Source: an uncultured Methanoregulaceae archaeon
GTDB taxonomy: Archaea; Halobacteriota; Methanomicrobia; Methanomicrobiales; Methanospirillaceae
Direction: 5' to 3'
NCBI GenBank assembly: GCA_963841015.1
Contig: CAWJAX010000003.1
Coordinates: forward strand, 256,001 to 320,000
Length of the DNA stretch: 64,000 nucleotides
How positions within the stretch are numbered: position 1 is the first letter of the stretch; every line of letters starts with the position of its first letter. Shown in pieces: positions 53,347 through 63,543 of this stretch. A program made the position numbers and the translations under genes. Under the pieces are notes generated by a model. It did not search any database and was not told the DNA's origin. It was given only the letters and a program-made list of their open reading frames with translations.

Positions 53347-54207
53347 TTACAACAGGGGGACTGGCTGTTTATCGCCAAGAGCCGGGAGGCGCGTGGGTTT
53401 GACCAGGACCGGTTCATCAGACTGACGGATTTTTTCAAGCACCAGGAGTCTTCCTTTCCGGGTCATCGCAAAAATTGGAACTGAAATACCGGCCTGGAGA
53501 AGTGCCCCGGCCCCGGCGATTTCCCGGATAGTTTTTGATGCACAGGACGTTACCAGATCAGATGCTGAAACGAGTAATTCTGCTTCACCGGATGAGAGCC
53601 CGGTCACATGGACTGCAAAGATCAGGGTATCCGGATGGATCCTGCGGATAATTTCTGCAGTCTCCGGCGTGGCGACGGTGACTGCGATATTCCGGTACCC
53701 TTCCATGTTTGCGAGTGCCACACCCGCTGCCTGATCGATCGTTGCATGGTTCCGGTCGAGTACTATCCCCCCGCCCTGCTCAATCCGGTCCATGACCGAT
53801 GTATGGGGTGACGTTTTTACCAGCCCGGACATCCTGCCCCCGATTCCCTGTGCCATTGCAGGTTTTGTGACTATGACTGTGCCCGCACCATCACATGCAA
53901 GGACCGCTGCATCGATTAATCCTGAATACAGACCAAAACTGAGCAATTCCGATGCACCAAACCCGACAAATTCACGGGTATCAAGTACCTCCCGGTTTTC
54001 AGTACACATACCAAATGCCTGTATCCGGTGCTCAATGTTCATCCTGATGGCATCTTTGGTAATTGCGGGAATCGGGTACGCGAATCGTTTTGCAAGAGGA
54101 CAATCGCTGATGAGTGCCTCGCCGACTTCGACTACCTTTCCATTCTTAATGACAATGCGACTCCGGCCAATCGCCTCGATAATATGTTCGTCATCTCCGT
54201 GTGTCAC
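53347..54207 (-). CDS. Methanogenesis marker protein 8 (DUF2099)
   Basis: DEHIIEAIG, CPL, FVGFGASE, CDGAGTV, QGIGGRMSGL, HVTG, SCAS. Confidence 0.9.
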   Translation of the reverse strand: MTHGDDEHIIEAIGRSRIVIKNGKVVEVGEALISDCPLAKRFAYPIPAITKDAIRMNIEHRIQAFGMCTENREVLDTREFVGFGASELLSFGLYSGLIDAAVLACDGAGTVIVTKPAMAQGIGGRMSGLVKTSPHTSVMDRIEQGGGIVLDRNHATIDQAAGVALANMEGYRNIAVTVATPETAEIIRRIHPDTLIFAVHVTGLSSGEAELLVSASDLVTSCASKTIREIAGAGALLQAGISVPIFAMTRKGRLLVLEKIRQSDEPVLVKPTRLPALGDKQPVPLL

Positions 54208-54326
54208 AGGGATTCACCTTGCTCTGAAATGTAAAAAGGTGTTTGCTGTTCAACCTTAAGGAACATTGCCGGACAAAAAAATGGGATTTCCAAACAGATA
54301 TGACAGAACAGTGACGATACAAGTAC

Positions 54327-55061
54327 ATGGATGAGATATCGCGATACCGCGAGATTGATCTGGTCCGTGGTATTGCCATTCTCATGATGATTCTTTTTCA
54401 TACGGTATTTGATCTCTATTTTTTCCGGATTCTTCCCCTTGATATCTATTCAGGATTCTGGCGGTATTTTGCCTTTTCAACCGCATCACTGTTTCTCCTG
54501 ATTGTCGGAATTTCACTCACTATCAGCCGGGCACGGTCAGTAAAATCCGGTTACCCGCTGGCATTAAAATTCGTATACCGGGGAGCCGGCATCTTTATGC
54601 TCGGACTTCTTGTCACATTCTGCACCTGGCTTTTCCTGAGGGAAGGGTTCATCGTTTTTGGCATCCTGCATCTTATCGGTATTTCCGTCATGATCTCCCC
54701 GCTCTTTTTCCGGTTTAAAAAATGGAACATCGGCCTAGGTTTTCTGGTGATTCTGATAGGGTTTTGGTTTGCATCCCGTACCGGACCGATCTGGCTCCTT
54801 CCCCTGGGCCTTCATCCGGCAACGTTCTGGTCGGTGGATTACGAGCCGGTCTTTCCCTGGTTCGGGGTTGTCCTGATCGGTATGGGAATGGGAGAGTATC
54901 TGTACCCCGGGGGGGTTCGGAATTTCGCCATGCCTCATATCCCGGAAATTATTATCAGACCATTGTCATTTTTAGGAAGGCATTCCCTCATTATTTACCT
55001 GGTCCACCAGCCGATCATCATTCTCATCATTGCAGCAGTAACCGGTATAAAGGTGCTGTGA
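54327..55061 (+). CDS. DUF1624 / heparan-alpha-glucosaminide N-acetyltransferase-like membrane protein
   Basis: EIDLVRGIAILMMILFH, FGILH, DYEPVFPW, GRHSLIIYLVHQP. Confidence 0.9.
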   Translation: MDEISRYREIDLVRGIAILMMILFHTVFDLYFFRILPLDIYSGFWRYFAFSTASLFLLIVGISLTISRARSVKSGYPLALKFVYRGAGIFMLGLLVTFCTWLFLREGFIVFGILHLIGISVMISPLFFRFKKWNIGLGFLVILIGFWFASRTGPIWLLPLGLHPATFWSVDYEPVFPWFGVVLIGMGMGEYLYPGGVRNFAMPHIPEIIIRPLSFLGRHSLIIYLVHQPIIILIIAAVTGIKVL

Positions 55062-55097
55062 AGAGCCGTCAGCCATCGGCAGATGATTGAAAAGCAC

Positions 55098-55252
55098 AGG
55101 TACGGTGACATCGGGGACAATGCCTGTCCTCCCATACCGCCCCAGTACCTGGCGATGATGACGTAGTACTTGCCCAGGGGTTATCGCATTGGGGAGCCAC
55201 AGAGGCTGGGGTGAGACCCCCTTTTTGAGTATAGCCTGTAATTGAGCATTTC
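55098..55252 (-). repeat. Diverged module A copy
   Basis: GGGGACAATGCCTGTCC, GCGATGATGACGTAG, GTTATCGCATTGGGGAGCCACAG and TGTAATTGAGCATTTC colinear with the reverse complement of the 23623 element. Confidence 0.85.
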
Positions 55253-55339
55253 CCATGAAAATTGAACTATTCAGGTATGATACGAGATTTTTTTTCACAC
55301 GCCTCCATTTACGATGATTGCCGCCGCCCCGCAAACGGT

Positions 55340-55488
55340 CGCCCCCGCGGCAGATCAGTAACCAACAATTCAAAAAAAAACCCTGCCCGCCGTGCCTCGG
55401 AGAGGCCCTGAGGCGGGGCTCCATCAAATATATTATGATTTTCATGGTTCGGGAGTGAACCACATAGATTCATGTTTGTTTCTACAGA
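55340..55488. repeat. Module B copy ending in the TIR-like TTTCTACAGA
   Basis: Colinear with about 33524-33673 (GAGGCCCTGAGGCGGGG, ATTATGATTTTCATGGTTC, ATAGATTCATG). Confidence 0.85.
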
Positions 55489-55502
55489 CTAAAAAAACAG
55501 GG

Positions 55503-55609
55503 TATAGTATTATTTTAACTACCAACTCGTAAAGGAAATAACGAGAGAAAATGTAATCAGAATAGTGTTTTAAAAATTCAGATCGAAAAAGTGTTCCTGT
55601 TCAAAGGAC
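55503..55609 (+). repeat. Truncated left end of the TATAGT-type element (direct repeat of 63119-63227)
   Basis: Near-identical over about 107 nt (TAACTACCAAC...GTGTTCCTGTTCAAAGGAC). Confidence 0.9.
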
Positions 55610-55686
55610 CAGAGGGTTCCTATCAGGGTAATATAGTGATTGGACAGGATTATTTAGATTCCAGTCCCAGATAACATACTATTTCC

Positions 55687-56358
55687 ATGATCCTCCCTTT
55701 ATTCACTCTCACCCTTGAGCCATCAGATCCACTTCATTTTTCAATCGATGATCTTCGCTCATTTTTTCATAAAAAATCTGCTGATTACACCCGGCTCCAC
55801 AAGGATTTAACAAAAGGTTTTATTCACCGTTATCCGGTCGTGCAGTGTAAACAGATCAAAGGTATAATCATGGTGATCGGTGCCGGCCAGGGAGCAAATT
55901 TCCTGCAGGAGATTTCCGGTGGCGCACATGAGTTCCGGTTTGGAGACTCCAGATGCATTATAACGGGCCGCGATCAGGAGATCAGGGATGAAGAGTTCGG
56001 CATCTCAGGCGAGATCCACACCTATGAATTTCTCACACCATGGCTTGCTCTGAACCAGCAGAATGCAAAAAAATTCTATGATCTGAAGGGAAAGCCGGAT
56101 CGGGATGCTTTCATGCAGAAAATCCTTACCGGCCACCTCATCACGCTTGCCAAATCCCTTGACTATGATCTTCCTGCACCAATCACGTGCAAAAGCAGGG
56201 TGCGGTTCAGACGAGAGCGGATTCAAAAGGAAAATGTCATGGTGTTCCTCGGAACGTTTGGAACGAATCTTACGATTCCTGATTACCTTGGGATCGGGCA
56301 GTCGGTTTCACAGGGATTTGGGACGATACGCTCTGCAGTCCAGGATCCTGACCATTGA
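55687..56358 (+). CDS. cas6: Orphan Cas6 (Cas6b-like) RAMP protein
   Basis: FIHRYPVVQCK, YEFLTPWLALNQ, TNLTIPDYLGIGQSVSQGFGTI G-rich loop; no other cas gene or array in the window. Confidence 0.85.
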   Translation: MILPLFTLTLEPSDPLHFSIDDLRSFFHKKSADYTRLHKDLTKGFIHRYPVVQCKQIKGIIMVIGAGQGANFLQEISGGAHEFRFGDSRCIITGRDQEIRDEEFGISGEIHTYEFLTPWLALNQQNAKKFYDLKGKPDRDAFMQKILTGHLITLAKSLDYDLPAPITCKSRVRFRRERIQKENVMVFLGTFGTNLTIPDYLGIGQSVSQGFGTIRSAVQDPDH

Positions 56359-56466
56359 TCATTCTCACTACCAGCTCCATCAATCAAAAGGCAATCTTTC
56401 TTCACGGGTAGAATAACAAGCCCGATAAGCAATTAACACCAGAAACAGTACCCGGATTACTTACCC

Positions 56467-57396
56467 ATGCTCTGGATTCTCTTATCGCTCCTTGGAGCCG
56501 TCACCAATGCCAGTTATTTCATCATTATCAAGCGGTACATCACGACGCTGGATCCAAAAGTCCTGACAGGTATTGGATTTACCTGCGGGGGTCTCCTGTT
56601 ATTGGCCTTCTGTGTAATCCGGGGATTTCCGGTGATCGGCCAGGATTTTTACTCAGCGGTTGCAATTACCGCAATCCTGAATATTATCAGCCTCACTCTG
56701 ATCTTCAGGGCTCTCTCCTCCACCGATCTCTCCCTGTCCATTCCCCTGCTCTCGTTCACACCGGTAATTCTTATCGCCACTTCCTATCTTCTCCTGGGTG
56801 AAGTTCCATCTCTTGCGGGAGTTGCGGGCATCTGCATCATCGTTATTGGATCCTATGTACTGAATATCTCGTCCTCAGATGAACACCTCATTGACCCGGT
56901 ACGATCCATGCTGCGAAACCGCGGGAGCTGGTATATGCTCATTGTAGCATTCCTGTTTGCGGTATCAATCAATTTTGATAAAATTGCAATGATGAATTCG
57001 GACCCTTTCTTCGGTATGGCGCTTACGGTTCTTGCGATCGGCGGGGCGTTTGTTCTTATGGCTGCTTTTTCCTGCAGTTCTTTTCGTCCTGTATCCTCGC
57101 AGAGACCCCCTGAAAATGAATACCGGGCACCTCTTTTTGGATTCCCTGCATTCCTGCAGAGAAAATATCTCGCTCTTACAATCCTTATTGGCGCATTCGT
57201 TGCCATTGAGGCTGCATCCATCAACGTTGCATACACAATGCAGATCGTGCCGTATGTCATTGCAATAAAACGCCTGAGCATCATCTTCGTAGTCCTTTAT
57301 GGCACCCTGATATTTTCTGAGGATGAAACCGTTAAAAGGCTGATGGGTGCTGCCCTGATGGTCGCAGGTGCAATTATTATCGTGCTGTTTGCGTGA
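56467..57396 (+). CDS. EamA/DMT family transporter
   Basis: About 10 TMs; DLSLSIPLLSFTP, YVIAIKRLS. Confidence 0.9.
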   Translation: MLWILLSLLGAVTNASYFIIIKRYITTLDPKVLTGIGFTCGGLLLLAFCVIRGFPVIGQDFYSAVAITAILNIISLTLIFRALSSTDLSLSIPLLSFTPVILIATSYLLLGEVPSLAGVAGICIIVIGSYVLNISSSDEHLIDPVRSMLRNRGSWYMLIVAFLFAVSINFDKIAMMNSDPFFGMALTVLAIGGAFVLMAAFSCSSFRPVSSQRPPENEYRAPLFGFPAFLQRKYLALTILIGAFVAIEAASINVAYTMQIVPYVIAIKRLSIIFVVLYGTLIFSEDETVKRLMGAALMVAGAIIIVLFA

Positions 57397-57406
57397 CAGG
57401 ATCTTT

Positions 57407-59077
57407 TTATTGCATAAAGAGCGGGACGAGTGCAGATTCCCCGACATCAAAGAGCCCATTATCAGTTATCCTCAGGGTGGGAATCACCGTCAGGGCAAGG
57501 AACGAAAGGTACATGAAAGGATCACTGATGCTGCCCATGCGCTCAGTGACCGTGTGAAGAGATTTTAACCGCTTTACAACTTCAGGATAGGGTAGCGTTG
57601 ACATCAACCCGGAGCAATCGAGGGGAAGGATTGTAGGGTTTTCTCCCACAACAGCCACCATCGCACCCCGTGAACGAATTACTTCTTTAATTGCTCTACG
57701 GATTTCTGCATCGCTCGTGCCAACGGCGATGATGTTATGGGCATCATGGGAAACACTGGATGCAATCGCTCCACGCTTCAGCGAGAATCCATGGACGAGT
57801 CCGATAACGCATTCCTTGTCCCTGTACCGGCTCCAGACAACCACTTTCAGGATATCACGATGTAAATCGGGGATATCCTGCGCTGTCAGGGAATATCGCA
57901 GGGAGTCGGTGATTATCTGGCGGGGTACAAGCCCGATTACCCGGGCTTCTCCGCTGCCGGTGATCCGAAGTTCACCAGCAGAAGGTGCCCTGCCGGTAAA
58001 AGGCGATGGAGGGCTGGTGCGGGGTACAGAATGTGCTGGATGAACCGCCTTTCCCCCCACAAAAACTTTTTTTATGATGAACCGGTGCAGATCATCAACA
58101 ACACAGAAATCTGCCCTACGCCCCGGGGTAAGGGCCCCGCGATCGGACAGCCCGAATCTTTCTGCAGCAGAGAGTGTTGCCATCCGCAGGGCAAGTTCTG
58201 GTTCAAGCCCGCATTCGATAGCCCGCCGCACGCACCGGTCAATGTGTCCTTTCTCATAAAGTATATCCGCATGGCAGTCGTCTGTGGCAAAACAGCACCG
58301 TGCTACCGTCCTGAGGTTCACCAGACCAATAAGATCGGCAATATTGTGTTCGGTTGAACCTTCACGGATGAATATATACATCCCGCGCCGCAGTTTTTCT
58401 TCTGCCTCATCCCGCAAAGTGCACTCGTGATCACTCTGGATCCCGGCAAGGATGTACGCGTTGAGATCACGACCACGCAGCATTGGGGCGTGACCATCCC
58501 TGATAGCTGAGATCCGGAATTTTTTTCCAATAGCAGGATCTGCGGAAAGGACACCGGGAACATTCATCATCTCACCAAGCCCCAGAATTCCATCGCACCC
58601 GATATACTGCTGAAGATCATGGGCATCCAGCGTAGCACCTCCCATGTCCATCAGGGTCGCAGGAACACAGGAGGGAAGGAGATACCGGATATCAATACAA
58701 GCTCCCGACCGTTCTGCAAGCATGAAATCAATCCCCGGTTTACCGGCAACGTTGGCAATTTCATGCGGATCAGCTATTACGGTAGTTGTTCCATGAAGGG
58801 CCACAAGACGGGCATACTCACGGGGTGCAAGGAGTGAGCTTTCGATGTGGACGTGAGCATCGATCAAACCGGGGATGATATAAGAACCGGAAAGATCATA
58901 GTCTGTTTTTCCGGTATAGGTACCGATACCAAGTACCAGCCCGTTTTTGATTGCGAGATCCCCCCGCTCCCAGTCATTGATAAACGGGTTGAACACCTGG
59001 CCGTTTTTTACTACAGCATCCGCCGGTGTGATACCCCGTGCTGCATCAAGTAGGTCCTTTGAAAACGTTTCCATCAA
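57407..59077 (-). CDS. ade: Adenine deaminase
   Basis: PGLIDAHVHIESS, DPHEIANV, DGHAP, SDHEC, ATDD, SHDAHN. Confidence 0.95.
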   Translation of the reverse strand: MMETFSKDLLDAARGITPADAVVKNGQVFNPFINDWERGDLAIKNGLVLGIGTYTGKTDYDLSGSYIIPGLIDAHVHIESSLLAPREYARLVALHGTTTVIADPHEIANVAGKPGIDFMLAERSGACIDIRYLLPSCVPATLMDMGGATLDAHDLQQYIGCDGILGLGEMMNVPGVLSADPAIGKKFRISAIRDGHAPMLRGRDLNAYILAGIQSDHECTLRDEAEEKLRRGMYIFIREGSTEHNIADLIGLVNLRTVARCCFATDDCHADILYEKGHIDRCVRRAIECGLEPELALRMATLSAAERFGLSDRGALTPGRRADFCVVDDLHRFIIKKVFVGGKAVHPAHSVPRTSPPSPFTGRAPSAGELRITGSGEARVIGLVPRQIITDSLRYSLTAQDIPDLHRDILKVVVWSRYRDKECVIGLVHGFSLKRGAIASSVSHDAHNIIAVGTSDAEIRRAIKEVIRSRGAMVAVVGENPTILPLDCSGLMSTLPYPEVVKRLKSLHTVTERMGSISDPFMYLSFLALTVIPTLRITDNGLFDVGESALVPLFMQ

Positions 59078-59434
59078 TCACACTACGATGTCCCGGATAA
59101 CCGCGGTTTTTCGTTCGCCATCCTGGATAAGATACATATTGAGTTTGTAGGTTCCGGGTTGGAGATTAAGAGGGATAAACACTTTATTATCACCATTATT
59201 AAGGCTGACCGGATGCATGACAAAAGACTGTTCCTGCTGCGACAGTCCGGTCACCCGATATATCGTGACCTGCACAAACGCGCCGGTGGGTTGACCGGGA
59301 TTGTTTATCGTTGCTGCAACACCATTATTGGTGTAGCTGACTTCCCCGATACTGCTCGAAACGCACCCACAAACAACAAAAAAAAGAACCAGAAGCGCCA
59401 GCCCGCCAGGGATGATCTGCAAAGGTGCGGCCAT
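59078..59434 (-). CDS. Hypothetical lipoprotein
   Basis: Hydrophobic stretch ending VCGC, then a beta-rich domain. Confidence 0.65.
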   Translation of the reverse strand: MAAPLQIIPGGLALLVLFFVVCGCVSSSIGEVSYTNNGVAATINNPGQPTGAFVQVTIYRVTGLSQQEQSFVMHPVSLNNGDNKVFIPLNLQPGTYKLNMYLIQDGERKTAVIRDIVV

Positions 59435-59608
59435 TGATCTGATGTAAATTTTTTGGAACTTAATACTTTTGAACACGTTTTCCTGCAACGTAATAAAGGA
59501 AACATTCGTGAAAACGTGCCGGCAGCTGAATTATTGAAAACAAAAAAAGATGAAGCCCCCGGCTCCATGGCATACAATCTTTCATAGCATCCGGTCTGTA
59601 AAAGAGGA

Positions 59609-59797
59609 TTATAGTTTTTCGACAGTAACTCGTACGCGGTCCCCGGCTTTTACTGCGTGACCTTTGGGAATATCAATGTTAAACCACAGAGCATTCGGAT
59701 TGTCCTGGGTAGGATCCTGGGACATCAGGCAATCCTTGTAGTCATTGATATCAGCAACGAATTCTACCTCAGATTCAAACTCAAGAAGTTTTGCCAT
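59609..59797 (-). CDS. Small hypothetical protein, 62 aa
   Basis: MAKLLEFE..WFNIDIPKGHAVKAGDRVRVTVEKL, small beta-barrel-like pattern. Confidence 0.7.
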   Translation of the reverse strand: MAKLLEFESEVEFVADINDYKDCLMSQDPTQDNPNALWFNIDIPKGHAVKAGDRVRVTVEKL

Positions 59798-59826
59798 AAT
59801 AAAAGGAGAAATGAATGGGCGGTGAA

Positions 59827-60078
59827 TTAAATCGCCCTTGGCGTGACCATCCATGTCGTACTGTTCGAATAGCTCCAGCGGATTATGTCGAGTTCCTTGC
59901 AGATATCTGCAAGAATTGCCATATTTGTTCCTACCTCTTTTGGGGATAACCCGAGTTCTTTTGCAATATATTTTGATTTGAAGTAGTGTTTGCCTTTGGT
60001 TATACCCGAGCTCAGGTACTGAACAATTTTGTGCTGGGTCTCGTTGTACGTTTCGCGGATTTTTTTAGTTGTCTGCAT
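59827..60078 (-). CDS. Small winged-helix DNA-binding protein
   Basis: YFKSKYIAKELGLSPKEVG..WSYSNSTTW; GAGG RBS. Confidence 0.8.
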   Translation of the reverse strand: MQTTKKIRETYNETQHKIVQYLSSGITKGKHYFKSKYIAKELGLSPKEVGTNMAILADICKELDIIRWSYSNSTTWMVTPRAI

Positions 60079-60303
60079 GTCATGCCTCAGCATTTAAATT
60101 TCATATAGAACAAATTGTATATATAATTATCTGATGGTACTGGTTAAAGAATCGGACGTTTTTATTTCCATGCACAAATAATCTGACCAGAAAAAATATA
60201 TCTGGCACGCAAATTGAGCTGATTTTCTTGGGCCTGATTTATGCGCAGTCCTGACATTTTTAACCGGGATTTATTGAGTTTTTAAAAATACAAGAGCATT
60301 TTT

Positions 60304-62141
60304 TTATTTTTGCACCTGAGCATCAGCGATTTTACTGATGAGTGCTTCGAGGACCACGCCGCGCATCCCCTCAACGAATTTGATACTTCCGACCACAAGG
60401 TGCCCGCCGCCGCTGATACCACCCCCCGGTATCTCGTTTCTGAGTTCCCGAACCATCCTCGGGATGTTCATGAGCACACCCCGCGAACGAAGCACTGCAA
60501 AGTCAGGACCAAATCCGATCGTTACAACAGGTTTATCGGCATTCTTTCTGCAAAGCCTGTCATGCACTTCACCGGAAGTTTTTCCTGGCGGGGGGAACGT
60601 AAATTTGTGTGCATGGATCTCTACATCAAGTAAGAAGAGGTGAGCTTCGTTTTTGAGTACCCGTGGAGCCACATGCGGCATGGAGGCGCTCATCTGGTCT
60701 TCGATCATCGTATTTGCCCCGTCAACAAGGAGTGCCACAAGTTTCCTGTGACGTTCAGAATTTCCGGTCAGGTTCAGGATATCCTTGATTATCTCCCTTC
60801 CGTCATTGAACCGCAGCCAGAACTGCTCATAATCAAGCGCGAGTGCAATATCCTTGCATGCTGATTCAGGGTACTGGTCATTGACAAGAGCGAGGAACAG
60901 AGCCCGTTCAGGAGCTTCGCTCCTATCTCCGACACCTGCCACTGCAGGGAGATGCCTGATGAGACGCTCGACTTTTGGATTGATCAGTCGTGCGACTTCA
61001 GTACCGAGCATTCCTGCAGTAATGCCAAAGTCTCCCCCGACATGGTAAGGATTGACGTGAGCTTTGAGGTACTTATCGATGCTCGCGTCAGGATGGTGAT
61101 GGTCAATCACAATAAACGGTATTTCATAAACACTGGCAATCTTGTAGGCGGGTTCATCCTCTTCTGTAGATCCATTATCGGTCAGAAGGACCAGCGGCAT
61201 CTTCTGCCCGTACCGTATATGATCTTTTAAGGAAAAGTCAAGGTCGCGGGTGATATCTTCAATTTCATAGAATGGCGCTTTTGACGGGGCACGCTTAAAA
61301 AGGAAATGATCGGCATCAAAGTCACCACCACTCTCCTTAATAAGTGAAACCACGGCCTGTTCTATCGCCACGGCTGAACAGATACCATCAGCATCGGCAT
61401 GATGGCGAAGGATGATCGGCTGCGATGTGAAGACAGCTTTCCGGATAATTTTGGCAATCTTCTTCATCTCGGGACGGAGCTTTTCCATAACTTCGCTGTG
61501 CACAAGGAGAGGAATATTTTCCGGCTCCGATCGTGCATCCAGCGCTTTTTCAATGCGTATTTTCACCGCTGCTGCATCCTCATCGGTGAGAACAGTAAGC
61601 GAGTCTACCTCAATCTGCAGCTGGTTATTCCGCATCATCACTTCACCAATGATCTTGACAATGTTGTCAAGCTCAGCTTCCGGATATGCCCGGACCCGGC
61701 TTCTACAAAAGCCGCCGCATTCTGGGTCCCGGTCTCATCGACAATCGTAAAGATGGTAGGGCCACTGGTCTGTTTGATCTGGGCGATCTCACCTTCGATT
61801 GCCACCGTCTTTCCTACTTTACTGGAAAGGTCTGCTATGTTAACCGTCGTGGACTTGCGATCAACGGTCTGCACCTGATATACCTGAACCAGCACTTCTT
61901 CCAGATCGATATTACCATTCGGGCGGATCTGGCGAACCCTGACCAGAATAGGATCGCGTTCCTTGTGTTCTGCCTTGATATTGCTCTTGTGCACAAGACC
62001 TTTAATCCGGTCGTTAATCTGGGCAAACATCCCAAATGTTGCAAAACCCTGCACTTTTGCCTGGTAAGTCTTACCTTCCTCAACATCGGAAAGGTCGCAT
62101 CCTGCACCAAGCCGATAAATAATTACGTCATTATTTTCCAT
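60304..62141 (-). CDS. RecJ-like DHH phosphoesterase with S1 and OB domains; frameshift near 61690
   Basis: S1 (FGMF..GLVHKS), OB (QIKQTSGPTIF), HHADADG, DNGS, DHHH, GGGH. Confidence 0.9.
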
Positions 62142-62361
62142 TGTTTTTCACCACACTCAAGCGAAGCGTACCTATTGTCTGCATTGCTGCAATGGTATAC
62201 TACTACAACGTTGCATATCGACACAAAGCTGATTAAGTACTATTAGGGGTGGCCATGTTAAAGTTCATTGTATCTGACATAATAGCAAAATTCTGTGATT
62301 CGGGCGATGATACCACATTTCCTTATCGGGGTATCGAAACAAACAGAGGATAGGGGGAAGA

Positions 62362-63111
62362 ATGAAAAAAGGTGTAAAGACTGCTCTCATCATCATTGGC
62401 GTCTTATTACTTCTCGGGGTTATTGGGTTTATCACCTGGGGATTAACTCCCCTAGGACCCACCAGTGAGGCCCTGGCAGCGATGGAATCGAATGCAAACG
62501 TCAGCGTCCAGGATAACGGAAATTTTATCGTGTTCACCCCGACCTCAACTACCCCCATAACCGGTTTCATTTTTTATCCCGGCGGTCATGTGGACTGTCG
62601 ATCCTATGCACCGGTTGCGCAGGAAATTGCCCGTCTTGGATATATGGTTTCAATAGTCAGAATGCCACTTTCGCTGGCTGTCTTTGGTATCAACAAAGCA
62701 GACGAAGTGATCACCGCCTATCCAAAGATGCGTTATTGGGTCATCGGTGGTCACTCATTGGGTGGCTCGATGGCGGCATCCTATACCAGGAAAAATACGG
62801 ATAAAGTACAGGGTTTGGTGTTTTGGGCATCCTATCCGGGGAACGGCGATGACCTGTCCTCCACCAGCGTAAAAGGTCTCTCAACCTATGGTTCAAACGA
62901 TCAGGTCTTGAATAGGGATAATTTCAATGCGACTGTTCCGCTGCTCCCGCCGGGAACAAGTATGCAGGTGATTCAGGGAGGCAACCATGCCCAGTTTGGT
63001 AATTATGGTATCCAGCCGGGTGATGGGACAGCCACGATTTCCATTGACGATCAACAGACACAAGCCGCCGACCTGACTGTGCGATTACTGAGAGCGGTGG
63101 AAGGCGAATAA
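62362..63111 (+). CDS. Membrane-anchored alpha/beta hydrolase
   Basis: FYPGG, GGHSLGG, GGNHAQFG. Confidence 0.9.
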   Translation: MKKGVKTALIIIGVLLLLGVIGFITWGLTPLGPTSEALAAMESNANVSVQDNGNFIVFTPTSTTPITGFIFYPGGHVDCRSYAPVAQEIARLGYMVSIVRMPLSLAVFGINKADEVITAYPKMRYWVIGGHSLGGSMAASYTRKNTDKVQGLVFWASYPGNGDDLSSTSVKGLSTYGSNDQVLNRDNFNATVPLLPPGTSMQVIQGGNHAQFGNYGIQPGDGTATISIDDQQTQAADLTVRLLRAVEGE

Positions 63112-63118
63112 TCCAGAG

Positions 63119-63420
63119 TATAGTGCCATTATAACTACCAACTTGTAAAGGAAATAACGAGAGAAAATATAATCAGAATAGTGTTTTTTAAAAATTCAGA
63201 TCGAGAAAGTGTTCCTGTTCAAAGGACAAAAAACTCAGACGCTCGGAAGGGCTTCATCCCGCCACCATGGTGCCCCGGTTGGGATGGCGTTGGGAAAACA
63301 GGGATCAGGTACACCGGTAATACTGATGAATCGTATGCGCCATCGCCCCCAAAGGGGACAGGACTGGCGCAAGGGAGGCGTTCAATACAACAAGAAATTA
63401 GTCGCTGAAATGTGACTATA
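63119..63420 (+). mobile_element. 302-bp MITE-like element with TATAGT-type TIRs
   Basis: TATAGTGCCATT ... AATGTGACTATA (10/12 inverted match, TA at both ends); internal ACGCTCGGAAGGGCTTCATCCCGCC resembles module A. Confidence 0.7.
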
Positions 63421-63543
63421 CCCCAGTCAAAAAAACGTGTCTGGCAGTAAGTGCGGGATGAAAGGATTTAACAGTTTTTTGACTTTTCATTGTTCCTGCA
63501 ATTGAATTTCTTTTTCCTGTCCGAACGATTGCATGAATCAAGG

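Noticed and set aside
55061-55687. CRISPR array next to cas6
   Set aside because: There is no regularly spaced repeat-spacer structure; these are dispersed MITE-like modules.
320-61700. Frameshifts in many genes (mre11, nurA, herA, mfnF, padR, RecJ-like, GT and others) as programmed frameshifting or mass pseudogenisation
   Set aside because: They are single-base indels with no shared slippery motif and no in-frame stops. The extra base near 51137 is absent from the repeat copy near 50445. This fits long-read consensus error.
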